A stretch of DNA of 64,000 nucleotides from Poseidonia sp. GTDB lineage: Archaea; Thermoplasmatota; Poseidoniia; Poseidoniales; Poseidoniaceae. Position 1 is the first letter of the stretch. Each line of letters opens with the position of its first letter. The notes under the pieces are model-generated. The model was given only the letters and a program-made list of their open reading frames with translations, made no database searches and was not told where the DNA came from. The stretch spans positions 10,874 through 74,873 of the forward strand of contig JASLVM010000001.1 in the NCBI GenBank assembly GCA_030741355.1, given 5' to 3'. This document shows positions 9,082 to 17,604 of this stretch, in pieces. The position numbers and the translations under genes are program-made.

Positions 9082-10164
9082 ATGCAGATGCGTCTTGGTG
9101 AGGCTTTGCGGGTAACACTCCGTGGCTCGAGCCATGGCCCCTTTGTCGGTGCATTGGTGGAAGGGATGCCCGCTGGACTCACCATCGACGAGAACCAAGT
9201 CCAAGCCGCCATGGCGCTGCGTAAGACCGGTGGCACCTACAGCAGCAAACGGAGAGAGGAAGACCGAGTTGAATGGAGAACCGGCGTTGTGAATGGCATC
9301 ACGACCGGTGAAACCATCGAAGTCCACATCGCTAACAACGACGCCCGTTCATCAGATTACAGCTTTCTCCCCGACCATCCCAGGCCCGGGCATCAAGATA
9401 TGGTCATGATGAAGCGAACGAAAGGAGAAGCCGACCTCCGTGGTGGTGGAACCTCAAGTGCTCGCATGACGGCCCCCTTGGTGGCTGTTGCTGCGGCTCT
9501 GCGCCCCTGGCTTTCGTCCCATGACGTGGTCGTGGAAGCGCATCTTGGCGCCATTGGAAGCGTGGAATCCGCCCCTCTAAATGCATGTCCAGAACGTTGG
9601 GCCAACGAAACATGCAAGGCCCTGCGTTGCAGAGACCCGGCGGCCGCCACCAAGATGGCAGCGTTGGTTGAAGCCACCCGCAAGAGTCGAGACTCCATTG
9701 GCTCAAGGGTTGACCTCCAAGTTGAGGGCTTGCCCCTTGGGCTTGGTGAACCATGGTTTGACGGGCTTGAACCAGCGCTTGCCCGTGCCATGATGGCCAT
9801 CCCTGCAGCGAGAGGCGTAGAAATCGGACATGGATTCGGTGTACAAACCATGCTTGGAAGTCAACATAACAGCCCATGGGGCGGCACCTCTGAGGACCCG
9901 GTCTTGTTGGGTGACCGTCCCGATGGCGCCCTCGCAGGCTTGTCAACCGGAGCACCTGTTCACCTTCGGGTCGCCTTCAAACCACCATCGAGTATTCCCC
10001 AAGTCCAACACACCCTCAACGTGAAAACCAATCAACAGGAACCGCTGGTCGTCAAAGGACGGCACGACCCTGTGCTTGGCCCACGAGCGGTTGCGGTTGT
10101 CGAAGCGATGGCCGTACTGGTGATTGCCGACTTGATGATTCGCGGAGGTTTTTCGAATGAATGA
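9082..10164 (+). CDS. aroC: Chorismate synthase
   Basis: LRVTLRGSSHGPFVGALVEGMPAGL, RPGHQD and GGGTSSARMTA motifs. ORF opens on TTG at 9070; first ATG at 9082. Confidence 0.85.
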   Translation: MQMRLGEALRVTLRGSSHGPFVGALVEGMPAGLTIDENQVQAAMALRKTGGTYSSKRREEDRVEWRTGVVNGITTGETIEVHIANNDARSSDYSFLPDHPRPGHQDMVMMKRTKGEADLRGGGTSSARMTAPLVAVAAALRPWLSSHDVVVEAHLGAIGSVESAPLNACPERWANETCKALRCRDPAAATKMAALVEATRKSRDSIGSRVDLQVEGLPLGLGEPWFDGLEPALARAMMAIPAARGVEIGHGFGVQTMLGSQHNSPWGGTSEDPVLLGDRPDGALAGLSTGAPVHLRVAFKPPSSIPQVQHTLNVKTNQQEPLVVKGRHDPVLGPRAVAVVEAMAVLVIADLMIRGGFSNE

Positions 10165-11470
10165 ACTTCCAGTGGTCCACAAGTTTGGAGGCTCCTGCTT
10201 ACGAGATGCTTCGGATTTGGAACACATCGCAGAGATCATCACCAACGCTGACCAACCGGTCATTCTCGTCGTTTCAGCTCTTTGGGGTACCACTGACCGC
10301 TTGATGCGTGCGGCTCAGGAGCCACGCTACGCTGGACGCCTTGTGAACGACCTTGCAAGCCATCATCTCCGTTTCTCACCAGCCCTCATCGACTCGCCTC
10401 TTTACGAAATCTTTCAGCGCGTCCTCGATGGCATAGAGGAATCCTTGACCGCTTTGGCCACCGACCGCTCCGACCGGCGGGCCTACAACCAGCTCTTGGC
10501 GTCCGGCGAGCGCCTCTCGGCCTTGGTCATCGCCCATGCCTTGTCCATTCGAGGCTTTGACGCTCACCCACTGGGCTCCGAGGACATTGGGTTGCAACTC
10601 AACGGTAAGGGCACGGCCACTCAGGTCAACATCGAGCGATCACGAAGAAAACTCGATCGAGATGCCTTCCACGGCGTACCGGTTGTTACCGGTTGGTTTG
10701 GAGAAGGAACGGACGGCAACATCGCTTTGCTTGGTCGTGGTGGAAGTGACCACACGGCCACCGCTTTGGCCGCTCTTTTGCAAGCGCAACGGGTCGTCTT
10801 GTGGAAAGACGTTTTGGGCATCTATCCCGTCAATCCACGATGGGGAGTCCAATCCGCACCGATTCCCTACCTCGGTTATGCCGAAGCGATTGAATTCTCA
10901 AATGCTGACGCCACGATCCTCCATCCCGCGACGGTGGAACCGGTGTATGCAATGGGCATCCCCATTGAGATTCGGCACCTGGCACGCTACAAAGAAAACG
11001 GTTTGAAAACCGTCATTGGCCCTGATATTGAAGTGGAACCCAACATCAAGGGCATCGCCTGTATTCCCCGAGTGGCGTGCGTAAATGTTGAGGTGCGTTA
11101 TGCACAAGACGCAGCGTTGGAACTGAGCGACCTGCTTCAGGAATTGAACGAAGCAGACATTCGCATTTGTTCCTTTGAAACCACGAACGCTCAATGGCGA
11201 TTTGTTTTCCCACAGCACGAGGTTTCTCGAGGCGTTCACATCATCAAAAAACGATGTTCAGTGGTGGATTACGAATACTTTGCAGCCATGTTGTCGTTTA
11301 TTGGCTGCAGAGACATTGATTATCTCCAAGAAAAACTTGCCCAATATCACGACGTGAACGAAAGTCAACTCTACCAGTCTGCAACCTCAATTCACATGTT
11401 ATCCAAGCGAGCAGATATCTCTCGTATGCTCGACGAAATGATGGCTTTGGTTTCAGAAAGCAGCGAGTGA
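10157..11470 (+). CDS. Aspartate kinase
   Basis: VVHKFGGSCLRDASDLEHIAEII (kinase N-terminus), GRGGSDHTATALAA, C-terminal ACT-like region. Start overlaps the aroC stop by 8 nt. Confidence 0.8.
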   Translation: MNELPVVHKFGGSCLRDASDLEHIAEIITNADQPVILVVSALWGTTDRLMRAAQEPRYAGRLVNDLASHHLRFSPALIDSPLYEIFQRVLDGIEESLTALATDRSDRRAYNQLLASGERLSALVIAHALSIRGFDAHPLGSEDIGLQLNGKGTATQVNIERSRRKLDRDAFHGVPVVTGWFGEGTDGNIALLGRGGSDHTATALAALLQAQRVVLWKDVLGIYPVNPRWGVQSAPIPYLGYAEAIEFSNADATILHPATVEPVYAMGIPIEIRHLARYKENGLKTVIGPDIEVEPNIKGIACIPRVACVNVEVRYAQDAALELSDLLQELNEADIRICSFETTNAQWRFVFPQHEVSRGVHIIKKRCSVVDYEYFAAMLSFIGCRDIDYLQEKLAQYHDVNESQLYQSATSIHMLSKRADISRMLDEMMALVSESSE

Positions 11471-11471
11471 A

Positions 11472-12395
11472 TCACTCGGCTTGTCGCTCTCGGAAGCGCT
11501 GGAGGTGCGTTGGGAGGTTGAGTCCAAACAACACACCGACCGTGATGAACACAAACATCGTACCCAAGGCAACACCGTATACGGACGTCAATTCAACAGA
11601 TTCTCGCATTCGGTTGGCTGTATCGCCGGAAAAGATGCCGACGATCCAAGGAAGAATGGTGTTCGCAGACAACACAAACCAGGCCAACAAGGTCGCCAGA
11701 ATGGGGTTGATGACCAAGGAGCGGTGGTACTTCGAGACGATTTTCTTTGGGTTCATCACGTAAACTTCGTTCGTTCGGATGCTCGTGTCGAGCATTGAAT
11801 AACGGATGACACCGTTGCTGAGTTCAAAGTACATGATGAGCAGAACGGCGTAAACGACGACCAAAACAGACAACATCGTTGGATTGTTTTGGAGATTGAA
11901 CAAATCGTTGGAAAGCGAGGTGGTTGACGATGCAAATCGCAAGATGGCCGTGATGAACAGAAGATTACTGCCCAAGGACAATCGTGCATCGCGCTTGAAC
12001 GTCCCCATGAAACCGAGAACGGTCGCTGCTGCAATGATGGTCAACTGCATGATGTTGGCGATGCCGAGGCTGCCGGTCAGAATGTACCAAAGCGTCCCCT
12101 GAGGGGGTGAGATGATGTAGGTCAGGAAGGCCAAAGCGACCAAAATACCGTACACTGCAATTTGCAGGTTTTGGACCATTTTATCCGGAGGGAGGAACTT
12201 CATCTTCGGAACCAACGGGCCACCGAGAAGGCTTTCGATGAAGCTTGGAATCTCGACGGTCGGGATGGCGTCCTTGGGGATGTCACTTCCAGCACCAACT
12301 TGGCCAGCGGCTTTCTTTCGAGACGGCGCTGAAGAACGAACGGTCTTCCCGTCGTACAGGTGAGAGGTGTCGGCTGAAGGTCGATTGATCGTCAT
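11472..12395 (-). CDS. Polytopic membrane protein, last gene of the MoxR module (possibly SpoIIM/DUF95-like; unverified)
   Basis: 307 aa. About 50-aa polar N-terminus, then about 6-7 hydrophobic helices. GAGGTGA 4 nt upstream of the ATG (12400..12406). Starts 10 nt after the DUF58 stop. Confidence 0.5.
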   Translation of the reverse strand: MTINRPSADTSHLYDGKTVRSSAPSRKKAAGQVGAGSDIPKDAIPTVEIPSFIESLLGGPLVPKMKFLPPDKMVQNLQIAVYGILVALAFLTYIISPPQGTLWYILTGSLGIANIMQLTIIAAATVLGFMGTFKRDARLSLGSNLLFITAILRFASSTTSLSNDLFNLQNNPTMLSVLVVVYAVLLIMYFELSNGVIRYSMLDTSIRTNEVYVMNPKKIVSKYHRSLVINPILATLLAWFVLSANTILPWIVGIFSGDTANRMRESVELTSVYGVALGTMFVFITVGVLFGLNLPTHLQRFRERQAE

Positions 12396-12404
12396 AACTT
12401 CACC

Positions 12405-13718
12405 TCAGAAACCTCGTGCTCCTGCAAGAGCGGTTGAGAGCAGCATGTCCGGTTCCCAATCCATGATGTTCACGCCAAGACCACGGAGTTCGCCGATGAG
12501 GACGTCTCGTTCAGTCTTCATGACCTCGTAGCCGGTTCGGTCAATACGCTTGGCATCGAACTCGAACTCGAGTGAAGAGGGTGAGAGGACCGTGACATCG
12601 AAATCACGCGCACGGAAGTCTCTCAGGGCATTGACGATGGTGGGGTCGTCTTCCAAGTTGGAAAGGAAGATGATGGGGCTTCCCTTGTTGATGTGAGGCA
12701 AGATGCGGTTGACAACGACCTGGAGCGGAATGTTTCCACGAGCCACGGCTCCGGCCAACTTGGTCAAAATAACGTAGAGTTGCTTCTTGCCGGTGTCGCG
12801 GTCAACGCTCACCACTTCATCTCCGTAGACGATGACACCTACGGAGTCTCGTCGTCCAAGGAAGTACTTGGCCAGCGAAGCAGCAGCCCGAGTGGAATAC
12901 ACCAGAGCGTTGCGGGACACCGGACCCGTTTCAGCAACAGCACGCGAATCAACGATGATGATCACGTCGGAAACAGCGTCTCGCTCACGCTCGTTCACCA
13001 TGAGTTTGCCCGAGCGAGCGTAAGCCGACCAGTTGATGGCGCGGAATGAATCGCCCTCGAAGTATTCACGCAGAGAGTAAAACTCCGAACCAGGACCCGG
13101 TTGTCGAATATTGACAGCACCGGTGAAAATCTTTGGCACACGGGATTTCACGAAGGTCTCCTTGAGGTCTTCCATCTTGGGGAAGACGAGGAAATCGTTG
13201 TAAACGTGCAGTTCCTTTTCTTTGTGGAACAATCCAAAGGCGTCTTGGATTCGAACCGTGACCGGCCCGAGGCTGTAGAAACCACGAAGGGGGCACTCGA
13301 CGGTGTACTCAATGAAGGTCTCACGTCGAGGACCAAGTTCCATCAGGATGTAATTGGCACCTTCCTTGATTCGCATGACTTCAGGAACACGATCTCGAAC
13401 TTCCAAAATCTTGGGTAACGAAGAGGTGTTCTGCATACGTAAAGTGACGTTCAATTCTCCATCCTCAAACATGCGTGCGCTGGACAGTTTCCGCATGGCG
13501 ACAACGTTGCCCAAGGCAACGCCTTCCTCTCCACTCCATTCTTCAGCACGACGACCGCTCGATGCAACATCCGCATGGTTCCCAATGAGTGCAGCCCATG
13601 TAAGGAACACGAAGATAACCACGGCAATCGTGACGAGTTGAGTGTTTCGGAGCGTCAAGCCAAGCAGATACATGGCAACAGCTAGGCTGCCAAGCATGGC
13701 TGACTTGCGACTCCACAT
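12405..13718 (-). CDS. DUF58 family protein (vWA-like, two N-terminal TM helices)
   Basis: GPGSEFYSLREYFEGDSFRAINWSAYARSGKLMVNERERDAVSDVIIIVDS is the DUF58 signature. GAGGTGA at 13726..13732. Confidence 0.75.
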   Translation of the reverse strand: MWSRKSAMLGSLAVAMYLLGLTLRNTQLVTIAVVIFVFLTWAALIGNHADVASSGRRAEEWSGEEGVALGNVVAMRKLSSARMFEDGELNVTLRMQNTSSLPKILEVRDRVPEVMRIKEGANYILMELGPRRETFIEYTVECPLRGFYSLGPVTVRIQDAFGLFHKEKELHVYNDFLVFPKMEDLKETFVKSRVPKIFTGAVNIRQPGPGSEFYSLREYFEGDSFRAINWSAYARSGKLMVNERERDAVSDVIIIVDSRAVAETGPVSRNALVYSTRAAASLAKYFLGRRDSVGVIVYGDEVVSVDRDTGKKQLYVILTKLAGAVARGNIPLQVVVNRILPHINKGSPIIFLSNLEDDPTIVNALRDFRARDFDVTVLSPSSLEFEFDAKRIDRTGYEVMKTERDVLIGELRGLGVNIMDWEPDMLLSTALAGARGF

Positions 13719-13752
13719 GTTTGATTCACCTCAGTGTGTTTACGTTTCAGTT

Positions 13753-14880
13753 TCAAACCGTTGGCACAGGGACTTCGCGGAGGATGGCCTGGATGACCTC
13801 TCCTGCTTCGAGACCCTTGATTTGGTGCTCTGGCTTCAAAATGATACGGTGAGCGATGGCGAGTTCAGAGATGGCCTTGACATCGTCAGGGGTGACGAAG
13901 TCTCGACCTCGGAGAGCAGCGGCTGCTCGGGAGGTCTTCAGCAAGGCCTGTGAACCACGAGGCGAAGCACCGACGAGAACACGTGGGTCCTCACGGGTGC
14001 GGGACACGATTTCCACCATGTACATGCGCAGAGCTGGGTCAACGTAGACGTCTTCACAGGCTTGCTGCATGGCGATCACACGGGCAGGGTCGGTGATGAC
14101 GTCGACATCGACGGCGTCCTTTCCACGGCTGATACGGCGGGCGAGGATTTCGTCCTCGTCAGCACGGTCAGGGTAGCCGACGGACATCTTGAACATGAAA
14201 CGGTCAAGTTGTGCTTCGGGCAGTGGGTAGGTACCTTCCTGTTCCACAGGGTTTTGCGTGGCCATAACAATGAACGGGGCTGGCAACTTGTGCGTAACCG
14301 TTCCGATGGTCACCTGCTTCTCTTGCATGGCCTCAAGCAGTGCAGCTTGGGTCTTGGGAGGAGCACGGTTAATCTCGTCAGCGAGGAGGAGATTGCAGAA
14401 CAATGGACCGGGTTTGAACGTAAATTCACCTTTCTTGGCGTCGTAAATGTTGGTACCGGTGATGTCAGCGGGGAGCAAGTCAGGCGTGAATTGAACACGC
14501 TTGAAGTCACAACCCAAGGCGTCGGCGAACGTGTTGGTCATCAACGTCTTGGCCAGACCGGGATAATCTTCGAAGAGAAGGTTCCCGTTGGACAGGATGT
14601 TGATCAGCACGTTGTCGATCACGTGTGACTTACCGATAATGACCTTCTGGACTTCGGCAGAGATTGCTTGCGCAATCGCACCGACGGCCTTGAGGCGCTC
14701 TCGGACTTCGGGGGTACTCTGGTGCTTCGGCTGGGCCGGAGCGGCCGGTGCTGCAGGCGCAACGGGTGCGGCTGGTGCTGCGGGTGCCACGGGTGCGGCG
14801 GGGGCAGCAGGAGCCACAGGTGCTGCGGGCGCTGCAGGAACAGGCGCGGGCGGGGCTGCTGGGGGGGCTGGGGGTTGCAT
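13753..14880 (-). CDS. MoxR-family AAA+ ATPase with about 50-aa N-terminal Pro/Ala-repeat extension
   Basis: NLLFEDYPGLAKTLMTNTFADALGCDFKRVQFTPDLLPADITG (AAA_3/MoxR). AGGAGGAT upstream of the ATG. N-terminus MQPPAPPAAPPAPVPAAPAAPVAP... Confidence 0.9.
   Translation of the reverse strand: MQPPAPPAAPPAPVPAAPAAPVAPAAPAAPVAPAAPAAPVAPAAPAAPAQPKHQSTPEVRERLKAVGAIAQAISAEVQKVIIGKSHVIDNVLINILSNGNLLFEDYPGLAKTLMTNTFADALGCDFKRVQFTPDLLPADITGTNIYDAKKGEFTFKPGPLFCNLLLADEINRAPPKTQAALLEAMQEKQVTIGTVTHKLPAPFIVMATQNPVEQEGTYPLPEAQLDRFMFKMSVGYPDRADEDEILARRISRGKDAVDVDVITDPARVIAMQQACEDVYVDPALRMYMVEIVSRTREDPRVLVGASPRGSQALLKTSRAAAALRGRDFVTPDDVKAISELAIAHRIILKPEHQIKGLEAGEVIQAILREVPVPTV
14755..14835 (-). repeat. Three perfect 9-aa AAPAAPVAP units (27-nt period) within the MoxR N-terminus
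   Basis: The units decode identically but use different codons: GCAGCGCCCGCAGCACCTGTGGCTCCT, GCTGCCCCCGCCGCACCCGTGGCACCC and GCAGCACCAGCCGCACCCGTTGCGCCT. Confidence 0.9.
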
Positions 14881-14897
14881 TTCTTATCCTCCTTGTT

Positions 14898-16475
14898 TCA
14901 ATTTCCCCAACGGCGTATCTGCGGGATCAATTCCCTCAATTCATCGTTGGAGTAGGCACGGTTCGAACTGACCAGTTCGACCAATCGGGGTTCGCGGATC
15001 ATCTGCATGACTTCCGCGGGGGACTTGCGCGCAAATTCTTCACGCGTCAGGTCGTTGAAGTTGCGAACCTTGGCCAAGAAGGCCTCACGGGTTCGCCGTT
15101 GGTATTGGGATGGGTCCAATTTGGTTGGACGCTCCCTGAAGCGAGTCAAGTCGAAGACATGCCGCCAGTTTTCTTTCTCTGGAACCACCATGATGGCGAT
15201 GGCCAAGAGCGCAAAGAGGTTGAGGATGATGAGCCACTTGAGCACACCGTCGCTGGTCAAGAGGACAATGGCCCCCATGGCTTCCGTAAACGGCATCGAG
15301 AGGGTGCTGGAAACGTGGCGGCTCTCATCAAAGACGATGTTGAAGGAAGCCGTGTTTCGGGCGATGGTAGCGGAGAGTTCGTCGTTATCGAACTCCATCA
15401 TGTCATTGACCAATGCGGTGAAGAAAGCTTCGTTGCCTCGCCAGGTGGTATCGCCGAGTCCCTTGTTCAAGCCTTCAGAGTCGGTATCCCAGCACATGTG
15501 GCCAAATTGGATGTACAACTCTGAATCACATTGCTGCTTACCGGTGGCTTCGGCGTAATCTTGGTCCCAAAGGTGGTTGGCCAAGACCGAGTGGTCTGAA
15601 ACAAACACGATGCTGCCGGTTGCGCTGATTTCACCAATGTCGCCGCCAAGAGCGAGCGAGCGCTGGTCGAGAACGGTTTGCCCAGGGTAATTAATTCGAA
15701 TGATCAATCCGGTTTCGCCTTCACCCAGTGTTGGGTTGGATTCACCTTTTCCGGCGTCGATTTCAGCGGAGGTGGAAGCGGAGGCGAGGACATGGACGTC
15801 TCGGCCTTCGTCGGCTTGTTCGTCAAGCACCTGGATGGCCGTTGGTCGGTGGAAGAGGACCGGGAGTCGGCAGTTCTGCACGTTTTCTTGACGAACATCG
15901 TCTTCCGAGCACGGCACGGCCTTTTCATCACCCATGGTGCTGACATCACGGGTGACGCTGGCGACGGACCAGAGTTTCTTGGTGTCCGGCGAAATTCGAT
16001 CACCGTTATCGTTGGTGACCTCGTAATAACGACCGGTGTTGATGTCGTCTCGGACCGGGTCATCAAAGTATTTCACGCCGAATTCTTCAGCGACCAGTTG
16101 GGCGTTGGTTGAGTTGGAGGCGAGGATGACTTTGCCAGCTCGTTCGGTGACGAAGTCGTGAATGGCCGCCGCTTCTGCAGCGTCAAAGGGTTTCTCTGGA
16201 GCAGCGATGACAAGCAGCGTGCGATGGGGGTTCTGCCAGTCGTTCACCAGCATGGGCGTGGACATGGTGTTGGCGACCGTGAAATCCTCCAAACTGTCCC
16301 GCATGAACGTCAACTGCTGCTCTTCGTATTCCGAACCGTTCTCGTAAGGCGAGAAAACCGTGGTTTTTCCCGCTGAAACAATCGCAATCACAGCCGTGGA
16401 AAGGACGACTGAAACCAGCAGACCAATCATGAGCCATGCTTCAAGGCTCAGACTGCTTTTTTCTGCTTCGGCCAT
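14898..16475 (-). CDS. Membrane protein, DUF4350/GldG-like (N- and C-proximal TM helices, large extracytoplasmic domain)
   Basis: LLVIAAPEKPFDAAEAAAIHDFVTERAGKVILAS resembles DUF4350. ORF runs to 16493, but the ATG at 16475 is preceded by GGTGAT. Positioned upstream of MoxR, as in other MoxR/DUF58 clusters. Confidence 0.5.
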   Translation of the reverse strand: MAEAEKSSLSLEAWLMIGLLVSVVLSTAVIAIVSAGKTTVFSPYENGSEYEEQQLTFMRDSLEDFTVANTMSTPMLVNDWQNPHRTLLVIAAPEKPFDAAEAAAIHDFVTERAGKVILASNSTNAQLVAEEFGVKYFDDPVRDDINTGRYYEVTNDNGDRISPDTKKLWSVASVTRDVSTMGDEKAVPCSEDDVRQENVQNCRLPVLFHRPTAIQVLDEQADEGRDVHVLASASTSAEIDAGKGESNPTLGEGETGLIIRINYPGQTVLDQRSLALGGDIGEISATGSIVFVSDHSVLANHLWDQDYAEATGKQQCDSELYIQFGHMCWDTDSEGLNKGLGDTTWRGNEAFFTALVNDMMEFDNDELSATIARNTASFNIVFDESRHVSSTLSMPFTEAMGAIVLLTSDGVLKWLIILNLFALLAIAIMVVPEKENWRHVFDLTRFRERPTKLDPSQYQRRTREAFLAKVRNFNDLTREEFARKSPAEVMQMIREPRLVELVSSNRAYSNDELRELIPQIRRWGN

Positions 16476-16609
16476 ATTATCACCATGAATCATGTAACGA
16501 AATGCACAGATTTACATCCTTCGGAGACACATTCCACACATAATAGTTGCTCAATGATGGGCATGACCATCCGTTTGTTTCTGAGTCGCAGTCAAACAAA
16601 CCGCCTTTG

Positions 16610-16618
16610 AAAAAAAAA
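16610..16618 (-). terminator. Oligo-T (T9) tract, candidate archaeal terminator
   Basis: An A9 run on the + strand reads as T9 on the minus strand. It lies 33-41 nt downstream of the 16651 stop, is embedded in GCCTTT/AAAGGC complementarity, and is followed by an 8-bp hairpin (16573..16601). Confidence 0.35.
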
Positions 16619-16650
16619 GGCCCAAACACCGGAAAATTACACCTTTTGGG

Positions 16651-17595
16651 TCAGGTGCGGCGCCAGCGAGCAAGCCAAAGAGCGAGGAACATGACGGCCA
16701 AGAGGTCGAACATCGACACCCACGGCAGGGACGAGGAGTCCGGCAACAAAGGTTCGTCTTCCTCTTCACCTTCATCAGGGGTGGTGTCCTTGACCTCCGG
16801 CGCGACAACGTCCACGTTGAACGTGCTGGAACGTTCGGACTTGTCGCCCTCCGATTCTACTGAAATTGAAACCTCACAGGTCCGTTCTTGATGGCTGGTG
16901 CTCGCCTCCAACCGCAGGGTAAAACGCACAACGTTGTCGCCGTTTGCATTGGTGACCTGAACCACGGTGTTTTCCAGTTGATCCAAACCGGCCACCGAAA
17001 GATGAGGGCAACTTCGCACGGTCGCCTCGCCCTTGGTGATGGCGTCTTGCGTATTTCCAAGGTTGCTCACCTCCATGGTGAAATCAACCCATGAGCCAGA
17101 AAACAACGTGTCCGTTGGTTCGATGAGATTCGGAATCAGACGGTACATTCTGGGCACCGTGATGTCCGCCGAGACCTCCTGTGAGCGGAGGGTGGAGTCG
17201 CCCAGTTTTTCTTCACCCAAAACGGTCAATTCAAGACTGGATGACGGGGAAAACGAACGCACGGTTTGGGCGTCTTCGCCTGAAATACTGATGGTGAAAG
17301 TATCGTTTGTGTTGCCGGCGACCTCAATGCTGTCTGGGCCATCAAAAGAAAACGGTCCGTCCTCATCGTAATCATACGAGAGCGCCAAATTCAGTTCCGC
17401 TGGACCTTCATTTGAGACATAAATCACCAATTCGCCCGTCAAGTCCCAGTCCTCTTCAAGGTCAACGATGTATTTCGGGTCGACGTCGGTGACCCATCCC
17501 ATCTCCCACGCCGGGCCTTGAACATCTTGACTTTGAGCCGCAGGAAGACCCATGAGAAGCAAAAGACCCACCATGAGTGCTGCCTTTGACTTCAT
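16651..17595 (-). CDS. Exported beta-rich protein with C-terminal anchor
   Basis: Signal peptide MKSKAALMVGLLLLMGLPAAQSQD. Two beta-sandwich-like halves. Acidic linker, then LPWVSMFDLLAVMFLALWLARWRRT. GAGGTGA at 17600..17606. Confidence 0.5.
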   Translation of the reverse strand: MKSKAALMVGLLLLMGLPAAQSQDVQGPAWEMGWVTDVDPKYIVDLEEDWDLTGELVIYVSNEGPAELNLALSYDYDEDGPFSFDGPDSIEVAGNTNDTFTISISGEDAQTVRSFSPSSSLELTVLGEEKLGDSTLRSQEVSADITVPRMYRLIPNLIEPTDTLFSGSWVDFTMEVSNLGNTQDAITKGEATVRSCPHLSVAGLDQLENTVVQVTNANGDNVVRFTLRLEASTSHQERTCEVSISVESEGDKSERSSTFNVDVVAPEVKDTTPDEGEEEDEPLLPDSSSLPWVSMFDLLAVMFLALWLARWRRT

Positions 17596-17604
17596 ACCTT
17601 CACC

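Noticed and set aside
11464-11478. Perfect palindrome CGAGTGA-a-TCACTCG where aspartate kinase and the convergent membrane-protein gene meet.
   Set aside because: It is explained by two convergent reading frames that both end in ...GAG TGA, 1 nt apart. A 1-nt loop cannot form a hairpin, so there is no need to invoke a regulatory element.
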